Notes: generated from the letters alone by a model not told the origin. A DNA stretch of 64,000 nucleotides from an uncultured bacterium (GCA_963705505.1 CAVPJU010000006.1:160001-224000), one strand, 5' to 3'. Positions 50,394-60,527 are shown, numbered from the stretch's first letter. Numbers and translations: made by a program.

Positions 50394-51626
50394 TCAATAA
50401 AGCTTGTACCAATCGAATTTGTTCAGAAACAGCACTCCCCACAGGTTGACCAGCACGCTTAAGATAATCAAGGCCTTGTGATACCATTTTAGTTCCTCGC
50501 CGATACCCTTAAAAGTCAGAAGAAGAATGAATGGGTAAAAATCCAGGGCGTACCTGTACCCGAACTGCGTCCATCCGGTCCCGCTTTTAATAAATATCAG
50601 AAATGCCGTGGGTATGATTGCCGACCAGCAGGCAATCGAGAGCCTATTCCTAATCCCTGCAAAGAGAGCGAATATGAAAGCGGGCGTCGTGATAAGAACC
50701 GACAGGCCGACCTTCGAAGGGATAACATACGGCCATTTATCTATGAATACGGGGGGCTCGAGTAAAAAAACCCGAAGGTGATAGGGGATATACGAGAAGC
50801 TGAATAGCCCCTTGTTAAACCATGGCGATACTCTTTCCTTTGCCGGAGAAATCGAATGCAAAATGTATGCCGCGTCGTACGGCGAGCCGAACCGGAGGTA
50901 GTTATATATAAAGTTCAGCAGTATGAAAATACCGGCTCCGGCGCAAAGCAATATAACCGGTCTGAATCTGGCTTGCCTGAGCAGCGACACCTCATCCTGC
51001 ATCCGGGGCAAGCTGCCGGTAAGCATAATTATGAAAAAGGGCAGGGTCAGGATCGTCGGCAATCTCGACCAGTATGAGGCTCCGAGAAGGAGACCGATCA
51101 AAAAAGGGCTCCGGCCGGTGAATGTCCCGTATACGGCCAGCAGCAGAAATGTCATGGAAGTAATTTGAGCGAAGTACCATACGGAGCCCACCGTGGCCGT
51201 GTACCAATGGATGGTCCCGAATCCGAAGAGAACAGCCATCCAGACCCGGATATCCTCATTCTCTGTCAGCCTCTTCATTATCAGGTATACAATTGATATA
51301 TTGATACCGCCCAGAAAAAAGGACAGGAACACCTGCTTGAATTCGATTCCCCATAGGGCTATGAAAGGCATAAGCACGATTGCCGGCATAGGAGGGTAAA
51401 TTTCGTAAGATTTACCGCCCCTGACTATGAGCTCTTCGAAATAAAAGGGTGTATCCGTCACGTATAGTCTTCCGTGGAGAAAAGCGTCGGCGAGATAATT
51501 GAAATAATTAAAGGGATCGTGGACCACGGGCTGCGTGAATAAATAAACCAGGATACCAGTTATACAAAGGAGGGCGGCGGTGATTAAATGGGAATACCCA
51601 TTATATATCCGGGAATGGATTTTCAT
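50394..51626 (-). CDS. Multi-TM putative GT-C glycosyltransferase (paralog A1)
   Basis: LADAFLHGRLY, YPPMPA, FGFGTIHW, GWTQFGYRYALDFYP; close paralog of 55256..56473. Confidence 0.7.
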   Translation of the reverse strand: MKIHSRIYNGYSHLITAALLCITGILVYLFTQPVVHDPFNYFNYLADAFLHGRLYVTDTPFYFEELIVRGGKSYEIYPPMPAIVLMPFIALWGIEFKQVFLSFFLGGINISIVYLIMKRLTENEDIRVWMAVLFGFGTIHWYTATVGSVWYFAQITSMTFLLLAVYGTFTGRSPFLIGLLLGASYWSRLPTILTLPFFIIMLTGSLPRMQDEVSLLRQARFRPVILLCAGAGIFILLNFIYNYLRFGSPYDAAYILHSISPAKERVSPWFNKGLFSFSYIPYHLRVFLLEPPVFIDKWPYVIPSKVGLSVLITTPAFIFALFAGIRNRLSIACWSAIIPTAFLIFIKSGTGWTQFGYRYALDFYPFILLLTFKGIGEELKWYHKALIILSVLVNLWGVLFLNKFDWYKLY

Positions 51627-51742
51627 AAAGTGTATCGAAGCGAGTATTCAATATTTCCGAATATTAGATTAACATAATATACGATATCTCCAGTAAATAT
51701 CAGCAAAATGTCCAGATACATGACGCAGACCGCCGGCGCGAA

Positions 51743-52846
51743 ATGAAGCTCAACGCTACCCTGAGAGAGTTGTCCCTGATAGCCGTTATCTCGATAATCG
51801 GGACTTTCATTGTCGCTTATGCAGCATATGTGCTCCTTCAGGACAAATATCCCGATTCCATAATTTCGATCTGGAACGTATGGGATACACACCACTATAT
51901 CGCAATCGCTCAATACGGTTATACGAGCTCGACGGTCGATGAAAGAAACCTGCAGATCGTATTCTTTCCGCTCTATCCCTATACCGTTAAAATATTTTCA
52001 ATAATATTCAGAGATTATATACTGTCCGCGCTCCTCGTATCGAATCTCGCGTACGCAGGAGCTGTCATTTATCTCTTCAAACTTGTCAGGCTCGATTACG
52101 AGAGCGAAGACGCGTTCAGAGCGGTGACATATCTATCCATATTCCCGACCGCATATTTCCTCCACGCAGCTTATACCGAGAGCCTGTTCATAATGCTCAC
52201 CATAGCCAGCTTCTACTATGCAAGAAAAGAGAATTGGGCGCTTTCGGGACTCATCGGAATGCTGGCTGCGGCGACACGGGTTACCGGAATTATTCTGCTT
52301 CCCGTACTTGCAATCGAGTACCTGAATCAGAAAGGTTTCAAATTAAGGAATGTCAGAAAAAATATACTCTGGCTCTCGATTATTGCTCTCGGCCTCGTTT
52401 TTTATCTGGCAATAAACTATATTACGTTCGGGGATCCGTTTAAGTTTCTGGAAATCCAAAATGAACATTGGTCAAAACACCTCGACTTCCCCTACAAGGG
52501 ATTTCTGGACGCGTTGGGGAGCATATTCTATAGGACTCCCCGTGACGCCGTGACTGCGGGATGGGGTGAAATAACATTCGCTATACTCGGCCTCGCACTC
52601 ATCATCTATTCATTTTTCCGCATTCGCCTTTCGTACAGCCTATATGCACTGGCAACCTGGCTCTTTGTAACATCGACCTGGTTCTGGCTGAGCATCCCCC
52701 GATACACCCTATCGATGTTCCCGATCTTCGTTGCACTCTCGTTATTGGGCAGACGGAGGGAGGTAAATTATCTGGTCATATTTATATCGCTTACACTTTA
52801 TATGCTCTTCCTAGCACAATTTATCAGGTTCGGCTGGGCGTTTTAG
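51743..52846 (+). CDS. PIG-V / Mannosyl_trans2-family GT-C mannosyltransferase
   Basis: WDTHHYIAIAQYGY, FFPLYP, FPTAYFL.A.YTESLF, ATRVTG, SIPRY. Confidence 0.85.
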   Translation: MKLNATLRELSLIAVISIIGTFIVAYAAYVLLQDKYPDSIISIWNVWDTHHYIAIAQYGYTSSTVDERNLQIVFFPLYPYTVKIFSIIFRDYILSALLVSNLAYAGAVIYLFKLVRLDYESEDAFRAVTYLSIFPTAYFLHAAYTESLFIMLTIASFYYARKENWALSGLIGMLAAATRVTGIILLPVLAIEYLNQKGFKLRNVRKNILWLSIIALGLVFYLAINYITFGDPFKFLEIQNEHWSKHLDFPYKGFLDALGSIFYRTPRDAVTAGWGEITFAILGLALIIYSFFRIRLSYSLYALATWLFVTSTWFWLSIPRYTLSMFPIFVALSLLGRRREVNYLVIFISLTLYMLFLAQFIRFGWAF

Positions 52847-52864
52847 AAATAACTGTTGATGACT

Positions 52865-54121
52865 TTATTCGGATATAAGGATTTTAGGAATCGGAAAACC
52901 TAACAGTTTGCAGTTTGTCCGTTCCCATTTGGAGTGGTAAATATCACGTATCAGATATGACAACAAGTACGCATACGTGAGCAAATTTATTGCTGCGATG
53001 GTTATCGTAAAAAAAGTTACTGTACCGGGATTGTGAAACAGTGAGCCGTAGATGCGCTCATAAACCACAAACATATTTAAAAAATATGTCACTGATAAGA
53101 TGACATACACATACAAATACTTTCTTTCATCCGCGAGCGGGACCAATAAAGCCAAAAAAGGTATGGCCCAGAACATATATCGCTCATGTATACGCGTGAA
53201 GAAAATAAAAAATGTCAGATAGATAAAAAATGACGCGAAACACAGCGACCGGAAACTGAATCTATATTTCCTGATATAAATGTTTAAAAGAACAGACACC
53301 AAGAGATAAACCAGAATTCCAAAATATTTGGGTATAACAAGAAAATAGAAATTCGTGTCGAGCGGCGAATCATACCACTCTCTTGTCCAACCGGACCAGT
53401 TAAATAACCACCAGAAATTATATGCGTTTACGGTGATATTCGGAAAAGAATTAAAAGACCCGACAAAGACAACCTTATATAGGGTTACAATCTCCGGCAA
53501 GAACGGCAGTAAGATGACCGTCGAGGCGATCACAAAAGATATGATCAATTTCAGAAGACCGTCCGTTCTAAAGAGTATTGGAGCCAGGATCACCCCCTGG
53601 AGCTTCGAGAGGATCGATAGGGCATAAAATACACCCTCTTTGTAACTGTTGTAATTGTATATTGTCAGCAGAAGAAATAATGCAAGAAGCGGGTCGTCCC
53701 ACTTTCCCCAAAATGCCGAATCAAAAATAATAGCGGGGTTGAATAAAAAAACCGCCATGCTTATTAAAGGAGCGTTTTTTAACAGACCCTCACCGTCGAG
53801 CTTCCTCTTAGACGCTATGTAGATAGTTACGGATATGAATATATCCGCAATTGTGCCCGGCAGCTTTACAATTAGAAAACTGTAATTCGGGAATTTCATC
53901 ATCGGGTAGCTGATAAGATAAAGTATGTATACAAACACCGGGGGCAGATTGCCCTCGGTATTTGTATAGAAGTGAAAGAGACCTTTATTATATAAGGACT
54001 CCGCCCATGATTTGTGTGTAAAAACATCCACCACAAAACCCGGATTCTGAGAGACGAAGAGGCGAATTGACAGGCCTAAAACAAGCAATAACGCTACTAA
54101 TATCGTCTCTTTTTTGTTCAT
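52865..54121 (-). CDS. GT-C (GT87/DUF2029-like) membrane glycosyltransferase (paralog B1)
   Basis: LPP..VYIL, KLPG..AD, FNPAIIFDSAFWGKWD, SKLQ, NAYNFW, FFTRIHERY; AT-rich gene. Confidence 0.75.
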   Translation of the reverse strand: MNKKETILVALLLVLGLSIRLFVSQNPGFVVDVFTHKSWAESLYNKGLFHFYTNTEGNLPPVFVYILYLISYPMMKFPNYSFLIVKLPGTIADIFISVTIYIASKRKLDGEGLLKNAPLISMAVFLFNPAIIFDSAFWGKWDDPLLALFLLLTIYNYNSYKEGVFYALSILSKLQGVILAPILFRTDGLLKLIISFVIASTVILLPFLPEIVTLYKVVFVGSFNSFPNITVNAYNFWWLFNWSGWTREWYDSPLDTNFYFLVIPKYFGILVYLLVSVLLNIYIRKYRFSFRSLCFASFFIYLTFFIFFTRIHERYMFWAIPFLALLVPLADERKYLYVYVILSVTYFLNMFVVYERIYGSLFHNPGTVTFFTITIAAINLLTYAYLLSYLIRDIYHSKWERTNCKLLGFPIPKILISE

Positions 54122-54215
54122 GGAGAAAGGCGTGACTTCAGTACTATAGCATAAGAAAGATATTATACATATCAACCGGTTGTACAGCGTAAATAAGTAG
54201 CCTCAAGCTCCCTCA

Positions 54216-54443
54216 TTTCACGCCGGAACGCATGGGATAGAGAGGTCAATCAGGAATCTGGCTGTCTCCCGAGCTTGTTAAATCCAACATTTAAAGAGAG
54301 CCGTGGAGCTTGATTTAGAGTGCTGACTCTATCATCTTTTTTCGCCCGAAATCGCTTCGAGGCTCGTTACTTACAACCCCGACTTCCACGGCGGACCTGT
54401 ATGCGGGGCCAAATGACCTCAGTCCCTGAAATGTACGGCGAAA
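54216..54443 (+). ncRNA. Candidate structured RNA, possibly 6S-like
   Basis: Nested helices CGCCG/CGGCG, GCAT/ATGT, GGGAT/GTCCC, GAGGTCA/TGACCTC, GCCGTGGAG/TTCCACGGC; the G-U wobbles favour the + strand. Confidence 0.4.
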
Positions 54444-54540
54444 CAAAGCCAAAAAAAAGCGTTTTCGCATTTGCAACCAACCAGACCCAATGAATATATA
54501 TTTCATTATAATTAAATGATATTATAATTGGCGCAGGAAT

Positions 54541-55233
54541 ATGGATATTACGCTGGTCATACCGACATATAACGAATCCGAGAATATACCGATACTCCTT
54601 GAAAAGGTATTCGGGGTATTCAAGGAGTCGAATCTCGACGGCAACGTAATCATAGTGGACGATAACTCCCCCGACGGAACCTGGAAGATCGCCGAAGGAC
54701 TAAAGGAAAAATACGCCCGGCTCGAGGTATTGAGGAGGCTCAACGAAAGAGGCCTATCCTCAGCCGTCCTACACGGCTTCAGATCATCGAAAAGCGACAT
54801 ACTCGGGGTCATGGACGCGGATTTAAGCCACCCCCCCGAAAAAATACCCGAGCTCGTAGAGCCTATAATAAAAGGGGAAGCGGATATCGTCATAGGGAGC
54901 CGTTACGTCGACAGAGGTGAAATAGGGGACTGGGCCCTGCAAAGAAAGATTTCCTCCAAATTGGCGACCCTCGCCGTAAAAGGACTAACGAATGTCAAAG
55001 ACCCGATGTCTGGATTCTTCTTCCTGAAACGGGAAGTCATAGAGGGCGTCGAATTGAGCCCGAAGGGGTTTAAAATAGCGCTTGAAATTCTAGTTAGAGG
55101 CAAATACCATAAAGTTGTGGAAGTACCCATATTATTCAGGGACAGGATTTACGGAGAGACGAAGTTAAACAGCGGGGTAATCTTCGATTATTTTTACCAC
55201 GTCGTAAGGCTATACGCATATAAGATTTTTTAA
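54541..55233 (+). CDS. Polyprenol-monophosphomannose synthase (GT2, DPM1-like)
   Basis: IPTYNESENI, VDDNSPDGT, MDADLSHPP, GSRY, DPMSGFF, GFKIALE. Confidence 0.92.
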   Translation: MDITLVIPTYNESENIPILLEKVFGVFKESNLDGNVIIVDDNSPDGTWKIAEGLKEKYARLEVLRRLNERGLSSAVLHGFRSSKSDILGVMDADLSHPPEKIPELVEPIIKGEADIVIGSRYVDRGEIGDWALQRKISSKLATLAVKGLTNVKDPMSGFFFLKREVIEGVELSPKGFKIALEILVRGKYHKVVEVPILFRDRIYGETKLNSGVIFDYFYHVVRLYAYKIF

Positions 55234-55255
55234 ATCGCAGAAAATCTGAATCGGA

Positions 55256-56473
55256 ATGGATAGCGGGAATTCGGGCTCAGACAGCCGCAAGATCGTATTA
55301 CTCATTTTTCTCATAACATTCGCGGTATCCTTCACGGTATACTTTTTCACACAGCAAGGCCCGCCCACAAAGTTTAACAATTTCGTAAGACTCGCCGATG
55401 CCTTCCTGCACGGCAGGCTTTATCTGACGCATGGCGTATCGTGGCTTGAGTTAGCTCCGTTTCAAGGCAAGTACTATATTGTTCCCCCTCCCTTTCCGGC
55501 GTTATTAATATTGCCTGTCGTCGCCTTATTCGGCCCCTCGACGAATCAGACCCTGATATCGATATTCTTCGGCGCCCTTAACGTCTCACTCGCTTTTCTG
55601 GCCGCGAGAGCTCTCTCGGAGAACAGGAGCGTTCAGGTTTGGACCGCCTCCATGTTCGGATTCGGGAGTATCCACTGGTGGGTCGCGACTGCGGGCGGAG
55701 TCTGGACGTTCTCACACACCGTATCGGCCACACTGCTTTTTATTGCGATCCTGCTGACCCTTTACAATTATCACCCTTTTTATACGGGAGCCTCACTGGG
55801 AGCGTCTTACTGGACCCGTCTCCCGACAATACTTTCATTCCCGTTCTTCCTTGTCATGTACTCGGACGAAAGTCCTATTCAGGGAAAAACCCCCGGCTTT
55901 TTTCAAAAGATACATGTTAGACCCTTACTCTGGCTCGGAGCGGGCGCCGGAATATTCATACTCTTAAACGCGGGCTATAATCTGCTCAGGTTTAATACTC
56001 CTTTTGATATCTCCTATTATCTTATACCGGGCATACTCGATGAACCGTGGTACCAGAAGGGGATATTCGACATCACGTATATTCCGAGACATTTAAAAAT
56101 CATGTTCGCGGGCTTTCCGAGGTTTATAGACGAATTCCCCTACGTCACCCCCTCCTGGCACGGGATGGCGATATGGATCACTACGCCCGCGTTCGTATAC
56201 TCATTTTTTGCGGGCATAAGAAACAGGCTCGCGGCAGGATGCTGGCTCTCCGTCGTACTCATAGCGCTTGTGAATTCCTGCCACGGCACGTGGGGGTTTC
56301 AACAGTTCGGATATAGATTCGCAATGGACTTTTATCCGTTTCTATTTCTTTTGACGGTGAAAGGTATAGGGAATAACCTGAAATGGCATCATAAGGTTCT
56401 GATAATAATCGGTATTCTTGTAAACCTGTGGGGAGTACTCTGGATAAACAAATTCGGATGGGTCGGTTACTGA
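55256..56473 (+). CDS. Multi-TM putative GT-C glycosyltransferase (paralog A2)
   Basis: LADAFLHGRLY, PPPFPA, FGFGSIHW, QQFGYRFAMDFYP; paralog of 50394..51626. Confidence 0.7.
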   Translation: MDSGNSGSDSRKIVLLIFLITFAVSFTVYFFTQQGPPTKFNNFVRLADAFLHGRLYLTHGVSWLELAPFQGKYYIVPPPFPALLILPVVALFGPSTNQTLISIFFGALNVSLAFLAARALSENRSVQVWTASMFGFGSIHWWVATAGGVWTFSHTVSATLLFIAILLTLYNYHPFYTGASLGASYWTRLPTILSFPFFLVMYSDESPIQGKTPGFFQKIHVRPLLWLGAGAGIFILLNAGYNLLRFNTPFDISYYLIPGILDEPWYQKGIFDITYIPRHLKIMFAGFPRFIDEFPYVTPSWHGMAIWITTPAFVYSFFAGIRNRLAAGCWLSVVLIALVNSCHGTWGFQQFGYRFAMDFYPFLFLLTVKGIGNNLKWHHKVLIIIGILVNLWGVLWINKFGWVGY

Positions 56474-56474
56474 T

Positions 56475-57092
56475 CTACTTTTTAAAAACCAAAAATTTAT
56501 AGCCGAGGAAGTTCCAGATAATTACAATGATAATGGATGCCAGGCTTGCTATGTTAGCCCATAAAACCGGCGAAATGCCGCCAATGGGTCCTATCACATT
56601 GACTATAAATGATGCTACCAGGACATTGAGTGCAAAACCTATAGCCGATACGATAATGAACATAATAAACTGCTTCCCCATACCGTCCCTTTCCCTGCTT
56701 TCGAAAGTCCAGTACTTATTCCACACATAACTATTCGCCACCGCAAATAGGAATGAAATAGCCTTGAAGACCGAAAACATGTACCCCTTATGGACACCGG
56801 TGATAAACATAAGAAAGTTTAGAATTCCGAAATCTATTGCCGTATTCGATACGCCTATCGGTATGAATTTCCCGAATTGAAAAAGAACATGCCACTTGGT
56901 ACCGGCGTGTGAGGATACGTATACCCAAAGAATGACGAAGGCCGGGATAATTATCAGACAAGCGGGCCATAGAAGATTATAATGCATGTCCTGGATGTGC
57001 AGCTCACCCTTGAGGGTACTCAATATCGCAATAGCGAAAATCGCAATAATGATACCGAGTATTACGGAAACCGTTACATCAGATTTTTTCAT
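56475..57092 (-). CDS. GtrA-family polyprenol-phosphate-sugar flippase with N-terminal TM extension
   Basis: [37 protein letters not shown]. Confidence 0.88.
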   Translation of the reverse strand: MKKSDVTVSVILGIIIAIFAIAILSTLKGELHIQDMHYNLLWPACLIIIPAFVILWVYVSSHAGTKWHVLFQFGKFIPIGVSNTAIDFGILNFLMFITGVHKGYMFSVFKAISFLFAVANSYVWNKYWTFESRERDGMGKQFIMFIIVSAIGFALNVLVASFIVNVIGPIGGISPVLWANIASLASIIIVIIWNFLGYKFLVFKK

Positions 57093-57173
57093 TTTAAGAT
57101 ACGGAACTCCTCAAGTTGAATTCCCGATATGGAGTTTAAAGCAATGACTACTATACATTGTATGCAGATTATA

Positions 57174-58499
57174 TTATCTCCAGGTGCTCAACCACATGTA
57201 ACGGTCGATATCCAGCTCCCTCATCGGGACCGCGGCAAGAACAGGGTAAAAATAGAAAAACATGCCTCCGGCTATACAAAAATATATAATTACGAGTATC
57301 TTGCCTCTCTTAGAATAATTCCATAACTCGTTCAGAAAATAAGTGATTACCAAAAGTAGAAATATTAACGAGGGAAGAAAATGATAAAGGAATACAATCT
57401 TTCTCGGCGAGAACGCCCAAGGGAGCCAGTATGCGAATACGCTCAACACGGCGAATATAAGAGTGGGCGTTTCTTTCCTCACTGCCTGGACTATGCCCAG
57501 AATTAAAAACAATATACCCGTATACCATATGAAGAGATTCCCCATCAGGTAGATGTGCGCCCGCCATCCTTGTCCGAGGTCCTCGAAATAGAGGTACACG
57601 GGTCTCAACATCAGAGGCCACTGCCACCATGACGACTGGTAAGGATGCGTCTCGGTCACCCCTTCGTGATACCCCAGCATATTACCCTGAAGAATGAAGA
57701 AATCCCGGATCGAGTTACCATGATAGAAAAAGGGCAGATATGTAGCCATGTACACGAGCAGCGGAACAACTATAAACGCCAGCGTGAATCTCGGGAGGAT
57801 CCTTATAACGGATGCGATAAATTCCTTATCCCGGGACTTCGCGGCGTATACCTCGAAGTAATACATCAGAAGGAGTGCCACGCCTGCCAGGTATTCCGTG
57901 ATGTATACCCCGCTCCACTTTACGGACATTCCGGCACCGCAGAAAAATCCGGTCAAAATCAGGAATATATTCCTCCTGGTCCTTGCGTATTTCACGATGA
58001 AGAGAGACGCGAGGATCAAAAAGTCGGCAATAAAAATATCCACCATTGTAATCCGGCTCAATACGAATAAGAATGATTCAAAGCCGAATAAAATGGCGGC
58101 GATCAAACCTGCCCCTTTGCTTTCAAATAAATTTTTTCCGAGAAGATAGATAAATAGTATTCCCAACCCGCCGAATATGGCTTGAAAAAACCTCCATCCG
58201 AATGTGTTATCGCCGAAAATCAATATTCCTACTGCGCTTATCTCCTTACCCAGGGGCGGATGAGTCCATTCGAAAGCCATCTCTTCAGGCGCCTTGGAAG
58301 TGCTTTCCCAGGCGGCTCTATTACCTTTTGCCATCTCCTGCGCCGTGAAGGCGAAGTAAACCTCGTCAAAATAATAGCTATCGGGGATTTCCAGCCTGTA
58401 AAGCCTGATACAGATTCCGAATATCAGTACAAGAACCAGAAGAAACTCAACTTTGTATTTCAGGAGATAGGATTGCAGCGTCATATTTCTAAACGTCAC
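57174..58499 (-). CDS. Protein O-mannosyltransferase-like (GT39/PMT)
   Basis: YFDEVY, HPPLGK, FGWRF, SRITMVD, KWSG, HPYQSSWWQWPLMLRPV, FLYHFLP. Confidence 0.9.
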   Translation of the reverse strand: MTFRNMTLQSYLLKYKVEFLLVLVLIFGICIRLYRLEIPDSYYFDEVYFAFTAQEMAKGNRAAWESTSKAPEEMAFEWTHPPLGKEISAVGILIFGDNTFGWRFFQAIFGGLGILFIYLLGKNLFESKGAGLIAAILFGFESFLFVLSRITMVDIFIADFLILASLFIVKYARTRRNIFLILTGFFCGAGMSVKWSGVYITEYLAGVALLLMYYFEVYAAKSRDKEFIASVIRILPRFTLAFIVVPLLVYMATYLPFFYHGNSIRDFFILQGNMLGYHEGVTETHPYQSSWWQWPLMLRPVYLYFEDLGQGWRAHIYLMGNLFIWYTGILFLILGIVQAVRKETPTLIFAVLSVFAYWLPWAFSPRKIVFLYHFLPSLIFLLLVITYFLNELWNYSKRGKILVIIYFCIAGGMFFYFYPVLAAVPMRELDIDRYMWLSTWR

Positions 58500-59830
58500 C
58501 GGGTCCGGGGCAAAAGAGGATCATAGGAATTTCTATAGTTGACCGTATTTGTAACAAAATTCAAGAGCACAACGATATATGCGATCAGGTATAAAAGAAA
58601 CAGTCCCGGAACAAAATAAACGGTATAATTCACGGGTATCGCCTGATATGAAGTCGTAAGCTGGATGTATGAATAGGTCATGTTGAGTACATAAACACAC
58701 GACACAATAGCATAAAAATACCAGAATATCCAAGTTCGAAACGTTATCAGGGTAAAAAATACTATAGTGGGCAGCAAATGCCTTTCATGCGCTCGTGTGA
58801 CAAAAAGAAACAGGGTAAAAAGTATAAGCGTGATCGCCTCGAATACGTAATAACCGTAGTCCCTGCTTTCATAACTCCTGGCGAGGACAGCGAATCTGAC
58901 CAATAACCCCATAATAAGCGCATAGGCCGCTCCGAATATCAAAGTACCGATATTCTTATACGAAATACCCAGGAGCTTGGTCTCATCGCTCTCCCAAAGC
59001 GCGGTGGCCCCCCAGAAATTAAAGGCGTTCAGGGAGGTGAATTTATATTGCTCGTACGCCTCACCGAATCTTTCCCTTATCAGGTCCGCAGGCCCTATAA
59101 ACAGGTAACTAACGGAATCGATCTTATCCCAGATGAAGGGAAGAGTGACAACAATAGACGTAATCACTATGGTGACCGCAAGCTTTATGGACGGCAGAAG
59201 AGACCGGAAGTTAAATTTATTCCCGCCGCGGATTACCGGCGTGAGGGCCAGAAAACCGATCAGGGGGAAGATGACGATGGTTTGGGGCTTTATCATGAAC
59301 GCCAGCGCGGCAACTACGCCTGACAGCATAAATTTTTGTCTGAGTCCGAGATAAACCGAGAATAAAATCGGAAAGGCATGGACAGAATCGACCTGTCCCC
59401 AGAATGTTGAATTCGACAGCGATGCGGGATTAAAAAAATATACTACGGATGCGATCATCGCGTTTTTAGGAGTTGAAATTAACCTGACCGAATAGAATAT
59501 GATTATCGAAATCCCGAGGTCGGCCAGATTCGCAGGGAGCTTGAATAGTATATCGACCGAAAGCCCGGGAAGGGCGCGATGTATGTTGTCGAGGATCCAG
59601 AGGACGTATAGGTACCCCGGCATGTAGTCGCACCAGTATGTCTCGTAGAACTTCCCGAATCCTACCAGGGAAATCTGCTGTCCCCATCCCGTCCACGTGG
59701 AAAAATCAGGACTGTATGTGAGAAATAAAGACAGGAATATTCTGAGTATGAATCCTGCTGCGAGAATTATGGAAAAACGAACATAAGGATTCTTCAGGTA
59801 ACCCCGTTTTTCAACTGTCCCTAAGTTCAT
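58496..59830 (-). CDS. GT-C (GT87/DUF2029-like) membrane glycosyltransferase (paralog B2)
   Basis: DYMPGYLY, KLPANLAD, FNPA..NSTFWGQVD, KPQ, NAFNFW, FVTRAHERH. Confidence 0.8.
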   Translation of the reverse strand: MNLGTVEKRGYLKNPYVRFSIILAAGFILRIFLSLFLTYSPDFSTWTGWGQQISLVGFGKFYETYWCDYMPGYLYVLWILDNIHRALPGLSVDILFKLPANLADLGISIIIFYSVRLISTPKNAMIASVVYFFNPASLSNSTFWGQVDSVHAFPILFSVYLGLRQKFMLSGVVAALAFMIKPQTIVIFPLIGFLALTPVIRGGNKFNFRSLLPSIKLAVTIVITSIVVTLPFIWDKIDSVSYLFIGPADLIRERFGEAYEQYKFTSLNAFNFWGATALWESDETKLLGISYKNIGTLIFGAAYALIMGLLVRFAVLARSYESRDYGYYVFEAITLILFTLFLFVTRAHERHLLPTIVFFTLITFRTWIFWYFYAIVSCVYVLNMTYSYIQLTTSYQAIPVNYTVYFVPGLFLLYLIAYIVVLLNFVTNTVNYRNSYDPLLPRTR

Positions 59831-60527
59831 TTCTCAGTTTCCAAGATTCCCTGAACATTTTTAGAATTACCTTCAAGTTGGCCCCCGATTGAGAGCCGAA
59901 CTGGCGGGGGAAATGCCCGACGGGCACTTCTTTAAATGTAAACCCCTTACGCTTCAATTTTATCAGGAATTCGGCGCTGAAAAGCGCGCCCTCGGATTTA
60001 ATGGGCTTGACCTCACGGTAAGCACCGTTGGGAAAAATCTTAAACGCACAGTCCATATCCCTTACACTCAATCCGAAAACGAGAAATATATACTGGCTGT
60101 ACAGCCAGGCGTTCAGGGATCTTATAAAAGAATCCGCCCTATTCTCCCTGTACCCTATTACCACAACCCTATCGCCGGTAAGCGGAATGAGCCGGTCGAG
60201 ATCGTTTATATCGAACTGCCCGTCGCTATCCATAAAAAAGATATACTCCTTCGACGCCCTATCGAAACCGCTCCGGAGCGCGGAACCGTATCCCCTGTTA
60301 ACCTCGTGATTCACGAGTACGACGTTCGGGTTAGCCGAAGATAGCTCTCCGACAATCTCGCGGGTCCTGTCAAGCGAACCGTCATTAACGACTACAACCT
60401 CATACGGAATCTTATTCTTCTCTAGGTAGGAAACACAGCTATTGACCGTGTTTTTTATATTACCTTCCTCATTATGCGCGGGAAGCACGACGCTGAGGGA
60501 AATACCTGTTTTCGTCTCTTCATTCAT
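59811..60527 (-). CDS. GT2 polyprenol-phosphate glycosyltransferase (DPM/DPG-like)
   Basis: LPAHNEEGNI, VNDGSLDRT, NRGYGSAL, MDSDGQF, DMDCAFK. Confidence 0.9.
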   Translation of the reverse strand: MNEETKTGISLSVVLPAHNEEGNIKNTVNSCVSYLEKNKIPYEVVVVNDGSLDRTREIVGELSSANPNVVLVNHEVNRGYGSALRSGFDRASKEYIFFMDSDGQFDINDLDRLIPLTGDRVVVIGYRENRADSFIRSLNAWLYSQYIFLVFGLSVRDMDCAFKIFPNGAYREVKPIKSEGALFSAEFLIKLKRKGFTFKEVPVGHFPRQFGSQSGANLKVILKMFRESWKLRNELRDS

